This document shows positions 54,698 through 64,000 of a stretch of 64,000 bases of DNA, piece after piece. Each line of letters starts with the position of its first letter. Position 1 is the stretch's first letter. Under the pieces are notes generated by a model. The model was not told the origin of the DNA. It worked only from the letters and a program-made list of their open reading frames with translations, and made no database searches. This DNA is from Octopus sinensis (Eukaryota): positions 7,439,360 through 7,503,359 of the forward strand of contig NC_043019.1 of assembly GCF_006345805.1 (NCBI RefSeq), read 5' to 3'. Position numbers and translations under genes: made by a program.

Positions 54698-57384
54698 CGA
54701 TAAGTACTTGTAGGCGAAACGTTTTGTAATAATGAAATCTCATTGGATAGAGTACTCTTCGTACAGTCTTTTACGCAGTTAATTTTTTATACACGTATGT
54801 ATGTATATATGCTTGTATGTGTGTATCCATAGATGGCCGGATGGATTGATGGGTGGACGGATGGACAGTTGTGCGTGGCGATAGGTACTTATTTAGCAAA
54901 CCCTTGGTAAAAGCCATCCGGTTGTGAAACACCCGTTTGTATGGTGTTGCATTCTCTACATTACCTTACTTTTAAGAGAGCGGGTTGGATCGTTGTTATT
55001 TCTAGCAGCTTGGGCGGTCACTTAGCTGCAAGAATACTAGCATACTTCAAATACATTAAGAGAAGATGAAGAAGTGGGAGAAGAGGATGATGAAGAACGT
55101 AAAGAAGATGAAGGTGAGTAGTAGTAGTAGGAGGAGGAGGAGGAAAAGAAGATAGAGAAGACGAGCAAGAAGATGATGATGACGAACAAGATGACGAAGA
55201 AGTATGCTGACGACACACAATAGCAGAATATTGGAGAAAAGTAATGACGGAATGAAAATATTTCCTTTTAGCCATTTCTCTGTGTTTTCTTTTTTTTTGT
55301 ATATGTTTTTGTGTTTTTTTTCTTTCTTTGGTTTCGTCGTTTCATTCATCCATGCAAATGATGAAGAATGAAGTAAATGAAGAGAGCGTCGAATTAATAA
55401 GTGTAAAGACATTCTGCGAGTCTTTGATCGTCGTCTGCACCAGGAATATTTCAACCGAAACTTATATTGCTTCTGGAAAAAATAATTCCATTCTGTTGTT
55501 TAAGCAATTTCCATTAATTGAATAATAGAATATAATTATCTCTCAGCCATAATTTTAATTAATAACGTGTTATGTTTGTTATTTTTTTATTTTAGTATTG
55601 GTGACGGCGCTGATGATGATGGTGTTACGAGTGGTAGCAGTAGCGGTGGTGGTGCTGGTGGTATGCTTTCGTTAATCTTGTTGTCACCGCCAATGTTGCT
55701 TTTTGCTGGTGGTGGCAGCGGCTGCTGTTTTCGTTGTTGTTGTTCTTGCTGGCGGTGGTTGCGTCAACAGCGTTCTTGTCGATTGCTTACGACGTTGATG
55801 TTGACTATTTTCTTGTGTCTGTATCCAAGTGCCGGTGGTGTGTAGTGGTTGTGGAAGTGCTGATTAAGGTTTTGGTTGGTGTGTATTGCTGTATTGCTTA
55901 ACGTTAGTGTAGGTAAGGGTTGAAATGCTAGTAATTGCGGTGGCAGTGATAGTGCTAGAGGCCTAAAAAAATGCTATCGATTTCAAAAGATCCTAATTTT
56001 CTCATACCTTCGCCATGGAATTATAATCCATTCTCAATACATGATGTTTAGTAGTTTATATTCATATCAGTTACTAACCAGGACGCTGCTAAATCCGTCC
56101 GGCTCATTAGTATAACAATGCATATGCTAAAAGTCGTGATTAAATATTACATTAACACACTAGTTTTTGCGCTAATTTGATACGTAAGGCAAGGCGAGAG
56201 GCCACTGGGGACGATGGCTCTCATTGGATGGTGGAAACAGGCTAACACAATGATAATCAACCATATTTTTGCCGATGGGGCCGCTTAGATTCCACTTTTA
56301 CTCCACTAGACGCCCAAAATATTCGTTGTTTACAGAAAAAAAACGATTTAATTTTGGTAGTTGAATATTAAAATGTTTTGTATACTGCAGAAGTATAACG
56401 AATTTATTATCATACAAAGTATTATCTGCTAGAAATAGTGGCCAAATGACTCTGAAATGATGTGGGGGTGTTCACAACTGGATGGCTCATGAATATAAGC
56501 CTTCCTAAATAGGACTGATCGAAAGTTAATTATCATCGATAAGGATACTAACAATATACAGAAAGATAAAGGCGTGAAAACAGTGGACATATACAAAACT
56601 ATGAGTAGAAGACTACAAGCACACACGCATACACACAGAGGTACACATAAATACTGTACATGACCAGACTTTCGCCTGAACAAAGACACACGCTTACACA
56701 GACAAATATTATCACATGCATAGATAAATACAGGCCAACACAATCGCTAACACGAATATATAACAAATGCCACAAATACACACAATAATAAACAAATGCG
56801 CGCACACATGGGATACGAAATCACGCGGCAGTCTAGATTTCAATGGCGTCACTTGAAGCGGTTTTTCAACAACTTTTGTCAGATATATTTAGAATTTAAA
56901 ATACATTGTTATATTCAATTCAGAAACAAATGTTATCTAAATCTTCATGTCATTGAATACATATCAATTTAAATATGTAGCAACTCTCGTGAGATCTACA
57001 TTAAATACCGTATATTTAAATATGTAGCAATTCTCGCGAGAAACAGATTGATTCGCCTATAAACACAAGATACGATATAGCTCTTATCAATTATTATGAT
57101 TATTAATATTATTTCTTTTTTTTGTTCGAAATAGCTAGAGATATTTCCCCGCTGGTTACTTGCTAAAATCATGAAAACTCATCAATCAACGCATGATGCA
57201 ATGTGTCGTTTGAGTTCCGAGCGAAAACTATTGGGATGCTTTCGTTTCTCCAGTTTGCTCCTTCAGATGATGATGATGGCGATGTTCATGATGGCGTATT
57301 TACGTTGTGAATTTAACATTATATTTTTGCATGTGTCTAATGTGAGTTTGTATGTATATGTACATATATATGAAGATAGATAGA

Positions 57385-57399
57385 TCTGTATACACACAT

Positions 57400-57467
<68 letters not shown>

Positions 57468-57806
57468 CGGATGCATATATATATATATGTGTGTGTGTAT
57501 GTATGTATGTATGTATATAGGCAAATATATATTCATGTACATACATACGAAAACACACACACATATATATATATACACACACACATATATACACACACAC
57601 ACACAAATATATACACACACATATATATATATATATACACACACACACATATATATACACACACACATATATATATATATATACACACACATATATATAT
57701 ATACACACACACATATATATATATATATACACACACACATATATATATATACACACACATATATATATATACACACACATATATATACACACACACATAT
57801 ATATAT

Positions 57807-57839
<33 letters not shown>

Positions 57840-57848
57840 CACACACAC

Positions 57849-57879
<31 letters not shown>

Positions 57880-57946
57880 TATATATACACACACGTACAC
57901 ATATATATATATATATATATACACACGTGTGTGTGTGTGTGTGTGT
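57385..57946. repeat. Alternating (CA)n(TA)n compound microsatellite
   Basis: Direct reading. Confidence 0.95.
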
Positions 57947-58083
57947 GATGTCTTCGCGTTCCGTGACCTGCTTAGTCAGGGAAAATATTTTTATAAGCGT
58001 TCTTGCGCTATTCGTGATTGTTCAGCTTCCACACGTAGACGTGTCCTACAAACGCTCACACACACACCTACGGATACACGCAG

Positions 58084-58114
<31 letters not shown>

Positions 58115-58412
58115 CATGCATAGTTACGTATATACATAGTCATGTTCTCATTTAACTGTTTTCTGTTAGTTTTTCTATTTGTTTTGGTTTGTTTTCTTTT
58201 TTTTTTCGAATTCTGAAACGTTTTCTGTGAATAACAACTTCGGAGTTCGTCATCAAATTTATTCGTAATCAGTTTTTTTGTTTTTTTTTCGAAATTCGTG
58301 TCATTGATTTCATTACATCGATATACATGACGCGTTCGCACATCAGACACGACAGAAGAAGAGCAGAAATAAGAGACCTGCAATACTATTTGACCAGCAT
58401 CATAGACATGTG

Positions 58413-58628
58413 CCTTAATCTGCATATATTTCAACCTTAATCCTCATATTTCAGCCTTAATCTGCATATATTTTAGCCTTATTCTGCATATATTTCAGCC
58501 TTAATCCGCATATATTTCAGCGTTAATCTTCATATTTCAGCCTTCAACAGCATATATTTCAGCCTTAATCCGCATATATTTCAGCCTTAATCCGCATATA
58601 TTTCAGCCTTAATCCTCATATATTTCAG
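58413..58628 (+). repeat. 22-bp minisatellite, 10 units (consensus ccttaatccgcatatatttcag)
   Basis: Counted 8 units of 22 bp and 2 units of 20 bp. Confidence 0.95.
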
Positions 58629-58679
58629 ATTGGCCAACATGATAAAGCGGTTTGCGAAAACATAAATTACGCAAGTCAA

Positions 58680-59410
58680 TTAGAAGCTGCAGAAATGAAG
58701 AGAAAAGTCCTTTAATCGTCTTTATGTTCTGAGCTCAAATTCCGCCAAGGCTGACTTTTCCTTTCCTCCTTTCAGAAGTTGATAACATAAGTACGTGTTC
58801 AGTAGTGGGGGTCTATGTAGTCGACCTAATCCCTATCTCTAACCTACAGGCCGTGTACCAACAATTCGAAATCACTATAGCCTAAAGAAAAAGGCGGCGA
58901 GATGGCAGAATTGTTAGCACACCGGACAAAGTTGCGTTGCGACATTTCGTCCGATTTTACCTTCTCAGTTCAAATTCTGCTGAGGTCAGCTTTACCTCTC
59001 ATACTTTCACGGCTGGTAAAATACGGAGGTTGACTTTGCGTTTCAATAAGAACACATCGATAAAATAAGTACCTGTTGAATACTGGGGGGATGATGTAAT
59101 CGACTTAACCACACATCCTCCTCCGCAGAAAGTGCTGACCTTGTTCCAAAATTTCAAATTAATATTTAAGCCATTGTAATGCGATTATCGAGCAGAATTG
59201 TAAGCACGCAGGGTAGAATACTTAACGGCATTTCGTCCACAGTTAGTTTCTGAGTGTTCAAATTCCGTGGAGGTCGACTTTGTCTTTCATCTTTTCGCAG
59301 TCGATAAAGTAAATACCAATTAAGCCCTGGTTTGAATGTAATCGACTTAAAATACCCCCACTCGTTTACACAGAAAGTGCCGGTCTTGTTCTAAAATACA
59401 AAACCAAAAT
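58680..59410 (+). mobile_element. Cluster of at least three degraded SINE family A copies
   Basis: Recurrent ttcaaattc…aggt[c/t]gacttt…gataa…agtacc…taatcgactt motifs. Confidence 0.75.
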
Positions 59411-60055
59411 TTAACCTAATTTAGAAATATAAATTGGTTTCGGTTTTATTTCATCTCTAATAACCCTATTTACTTTTCGATCACGTCCATGGATCCTTGA
59501 TCTTAAATAACGACATCTTGAACTGAATATCACATATTTCAAGATAAACAATATTCCATCTTGTCGACCAAATTCCAACTTCAAGATTATTTATCCTCAA
59601 ATTACTTTTTGATAAGTTCATTCGAAACCAAAACAATACAGAAATAGAGCTCCGTGACAGCGCTGAGAGAGGAAAAGCTATTTTATTAGGCAGACAACAA
59701 ACTCGGAAAGCGTTCTGTACTTGAAAAGGAATTTCTGAGAAGGAAACCGTTTATGTTGAGTGGTTGTTGCGTAGGATTAATCGAAAATTACAAAGTTGAG
59801 TGGAGCCCAGTGACACTTTCTGACGTTTCTGGCAATCGGAAAACGGATTCCCAACCCACAATATGTTGTCACCTCTACTACATCGACGCCGACGCGTTGA
59901 CTGCGAAACCCTTTTCTTCCCTATCAGGTTTAGGTCGATTACGCTAAGGAACCGTCATCCTGAAATATCGTGAGAATCACATGGTACTTCACAAATATCC
60001 AATTAGATATCAGATTTTATTGTTGATAACTTCACAAGCACACACAAACATTTAT

Positions 60056-60086
<31 letters not shown>

Positions 60087-60198
60087 CAGATGTACATATA
60101 CATATATACATATGTAGTGTGTGTATATACGTATGTATTATATATATGTACATACATACACATACGCTCACGCACGCACGCACACACAGACACGCACA

Positions 60199-60243
<45 letters not shown>

Positions 60244-60405
60244 GCATTAAATATTTTTATGCATGCATACACACATAAACATATAGATCTATGTATGAGT
60301 GAATACATATATACAGTTGAAATTTATAGAAAAACAAAAGACGAAGACAGGTGTAGGAACAACAAGTAAGTGTATTAGTTTGACACTCGAGAAAAATGAA
60401 AAAGT

Positions 60406-60441
60406 CTTTTACATTTCGAGCCTACGCTCTTCGTCAGAAAG
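60406..60441 (-). ncRNA. Minimal hammerhead ribozyme motif (Penelope-type)
   Basis: Minus strand: cttt CTGACGA a gagc-gtag-gctc GAAA TG TA aaag. 4-bp stems I and II; GAAATGTA is one change from palindromic GAAACGTA. Confidence 0.75.
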
Positions 60442-61367
60442 GAATAAGAGAATGAAAAAAAAACATGTAGATTTCAGCGATCCATATATATATTGGGAAT
60501 TACTATAGGAATCATGCTAGCAAAACACAGAAATGAGAGCACACACAGATACAACATGAACACATAGGCATGTGCATGTGTATGTGAGTGTATGTGTATA
60601 TATGCGTGTGTCTGTAACATTCAAACATATATGACCATCTGTTAATAATTGAATACACACAGGCATGTATATATATATGTATACGTATATGTTTCTATAT
60701 ATATATATATATATATGTATACGTATATGTTTCTATATATATATATATATATATACACATATTTATATATGCGTGTGTGTGCGATTCTTTTCTCACAGTT
60801 CCAAATGCGCACTCTCAACCAAAGCTGAAAATTTGAATCAATGGTGTGTGTGTGTGTGTGCGAGTGTGCGTAAGAGTGTGCGTGTGCGTGTAAGAGTGTG
60901 TGTGTGTGTGTGGTGGGGGATATAATCACGCAAGGTAAGTAAATGTTTACTTCAAAATATAATGTTCTCTAATTCATAAATAAAAATCGAAATCAGAGGC
61001 AAGCTGTTTGTTTAAATTAGACATATGTATATATATATGTGTGTGTGCATGTGTGTACATATGCATATTTGCATGTGTGTGTATGTGCATCTATGTCTAT
61101 ACATATATTTACATTGCACATAAATATATACATTATACGTGAATACACGTCCATACATATGTGTGTGTATACTTCCCATATAACTTTACCAAAAGGCGGG
61201 ACCATGAACAATAAGATCAACCAGGGGCGTGGTAAGTAACAATTAGAAGCACATACAGATACGTATATATATATATATATGAACGTATGTAAATGCATAG
61301 GTGTAAGTGTTTTTGTCTATGCGTGTGCGTAGATATCAACATTATGATATATATATATATATATATA

Positions 61368-61596
61368 GGCGGCGAGCTGGCAGAAACGCTAGCGCGCCGG
61401 GCGGAATACTTAGCGGTATTTCGTCTGCCGTTACGTTCTGAGTTCAAAATTCCGAGGTCGACTTTACCTTTCATCCTTTCAGGGTTGATAAATTAAGTAC
61501 CAGTTACGCACTGGGGTCGATGTAATCGACTTAATACCTATGTCTGTCCTTGTTTGTCCCCTCTATGTTTAGCCCCATGTGGGTAATAAAGAAATA
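61368..61596 (+). mobile_element. SINE family A, full-length young copy
   Basis: ggcggcgagctggcagaaacgctagc…gagttcaaaattcc (B box)…cctttcatcctttc…gtcccctctatgtttagccccatgtgggtaataaagaaa; in a (TA)n tract. Confidence 0.92.
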
Positions 61597-61791
61597 TATA
61601 TATATATATATATATTTGTATGCTTACATTTATATAAACGTATATAGACGTGTGGATGTATAGTTTTGCGTATGTGTATATTTAGGCTTGTCTCATATAC
61701 ACACGCATGTCTTCCTGTAGTTTTACATATCTATCAAACACCCTCTGTGTATGTCAATATATAAGTGAGTATATAGACTCATATATGTGTA

Positions 61792-62043
61792 CAGTAATCC
61801 CTCGACTATCGCGGGTGTTACCCTCTAACCATCCCCCAACCGCGATAGGGGAAAATCCACGAAGTAGAAACTACTGCACTTTATTTCTATAAAATTATTG
61901 TTATCATTTGTATAATTTATTTTATTATAAATGCAAAACAACACCACGCAGGAATCGACGTGAGCTTAAATGATATAGAGTGATAAGGGAACCGCGATTG
62001 GTGAACCACAGTAGGTGAACCGCGATATGGTGAGAGATTACTA
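61792..62043. mobile_element. Tigger/pogo-like MITE
   Basis: TA|cagtaatccctcgactatcgcgg … ccgcgatatggtgagagattacta|TA imperfect TIRs with TA target duplication. Confidence 0.8.
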
Positions 62044-62158
62044 TATAAGTTTGTATTTATATATGTATGTATGTTTATATGTATAGTTGTTTTTTTATGT
62101 GGTTGTGTATATACGTATATTTTATGCAACAGAAAAGGTTAACCTTTAATATGTATGT

Positions 62159-62190
<32 letters not shown>

Positions 62191-62221
62191 GTTATACATA
62201 TGATATATGTTTATATAAATA

Positions 62222-62358
62222 CACTATTTCGTCTGTCTTTACGTTCTGAGTTCAAATTCCGCCGTGGTCTACTTTGCCTTTAAATACTAGTTGGGCCCTG
62301 GGATCGATCTAATCGACTGGTCCCCTCACCCAAAATGTCGGACCTAGAGCAGAAAAGA
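62222..62358 (+). mobile_element. SINE family A fragment
   Basis: tttcgtctgtctttacgttctgagttcaaattccgcc…gatctaatcgactgg. Confidence 0.75.
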
Positions 62359-63416
62359 ATATATATACATATACCTATGTACATATAAATAGACAGACAG
62401 ACATATATCTGCGCGCATGTGTGTATATTATATACGCACGTTAAGATGAGTGTTTATATGTATAAAGCCAAACTAAACAATACACTTCAATAATATCGAC
62501 AAAGTGTGAATCATACACACCCCCACATATATATATAGAGAGAGAAATATTTATAGCATCACACTCTTGAACACACACACACACAAACACACTCATTCTC
62601 ATAGACTTATACTCAATCCGTTCGTTCCCTTCCGCCGACATTCGCGTGATCACGTGCTAACAGAAACAAACTGTAATAAGAAAGTTTATATTTCTTCATT
62701 GGACACACATGAAAAACAGAAATGCCTCTTTTTTTCAGAAAACTCAACTCAGAATTATATCCGTGACACATGCTGTTCACAAGTAGGTAAACGCGATAAA
62801 AGTAGGTTAAAAAGTAGCAGCTGTAGGGATGATAACAAGGAAGTTGGTGAGAATTATGCAGAGCTAACCTATAGAATTAGCTCTGCTGTCTTATTTTCCT
62901 TTTAGTTCTTACAACCCACTCAAAACATCATTTCTTAATCGAAAGATGTTTGTTTCTATAAACTCGTGTTTTTTTTTTTTTTCTGTTACATTTTTTTTTG
63001 GGGGGGGGGTTCCACAATGGTTTTATCAGTCTTAATCGAAAAAGTATGTGCATACACAATTCACTTATATATTTGTGTTACAACAACAACAACAACAACA
63101 ACTGAAACTGCTGCTGCTGCTGCTGCAACTTGTAGTTATGGCGGTATAAAGTTGCAAACTATCTCATACTAGTAACAAATGTTAGTAAATATCATCAAAT
63201 ACGCAATCATTTACATGTAAACAAATATAATTCTGAGAAAGGCGGGGAAACACGCACCAGTGAGTGTGCGCCTCCTCCTGCTATATATATATATATATAT
63301 ATATACACATACATACATACATCCGTTTGTATATGTATATATATATATGTATATATACATACATACAAATACTGTGTGTGTATAAAATGAATATATACAT
63401 GATATAAAATATATTT

Positions 63417-63789
63417 GCGCAGGAGTGGCTGTGTGGAAAGTAGCTTTCTCGAAAGCAACATGGTTCCTGGTTCAGTTTCGCTGCGTGGCACCTTGGGAAA
63501 GTGTCTTCTACTATCGGCTCAAGCTGACCAAATGCCTGTGAGTGGATTTGGTAGACGGAAACTGAAAGAGGCTCGTCGTATATCTATGTACATGTGTGCG
63601 TGTGTGTGTGTGTCTGCTTGTCCTTCCCCACCATCGCTTGACAACGGATGCTTAGCGGTTCGGCAAAAATGACCAATAGAATAAGTACTAGTCTTACAAA
63701 GAATAAGTCATTGGATCGATTTGTTTGAGTAAAGGCGGTGCTACAGCATGGCTGCAGTCAAATGACTGAAACAAATAAAAGAATAAAAA
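63417..63789 (+). mobile_element. SINE family B, full length
   Basis: gcgcaggagtggctgtgtgg head, ggttcag B-box-like motif, internal (TG)n, 3' gcagtcaaatgactgaaacaaataaaagaataaaa tail. Confidence 0.9.
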
Positions 63790-64000
63790 ATATATAGATG
63801 GCTATATACGTGTATGTATGTTGACGTGTTGATATATGTGTAGATCGTCACTCTACTTCGAAAGATACAGTGTGTCCTTCATCTAAGCGTCCATCCCGTT
63901 AACTATGCTAGACTATTCTACAAATACATATAGCCTTAACTTCTTTACGCATTCGAATTTGCGGAAAACAACTTAAATCGAACCCAGAAATCATGATTGC

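Noticed and set aside
58322-58350. Degenerate hammerhead-like string (similar cases at ~21615-21650, 38560-38605, 51511-51535)
   Set aside because: Core nucleotides altered and/or stems missing; cannot be told from chance.

Overview
AT-rich, repeat-dominated eukaryotic DNA with no prokaryotic features. The SINE families and very dense (TA)n/(CA)n microsatellites suggest an octopus/cephalopod genome (inference). Almost all listed ORFs are microsatellite or low-complexity artefacts. Supportable content: four tRNA-derived SINE families (dozens of copies); decayed transposons (Tc1 DD34E, mariner and Tigger MITEs, R4/Dong-like and L1/Tx1 LINE fragments, an RTE-like element, a Helentron/HINE-like element); an ~850-bp tandem duplication; several long inverted repeats; and minisatellites. 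Two signals are not visible in the ORF track. (1) Six sequence-diverse type I hammerhead-ribozyme motifs with short or palindromic stem III, of the Penelope/retrozyme type, lie in short non-coding elements embedded in (TA)n tracts; two are in fold-back structures. (2) A minus-strand exon-like ORF at 10416-10627 aligns without gaps to a BMP/TGF-beta prodomain motif. No complete host gene could be assembled. All homologies are by-eye recall, not database searches, and repeat boundaries are approximate.
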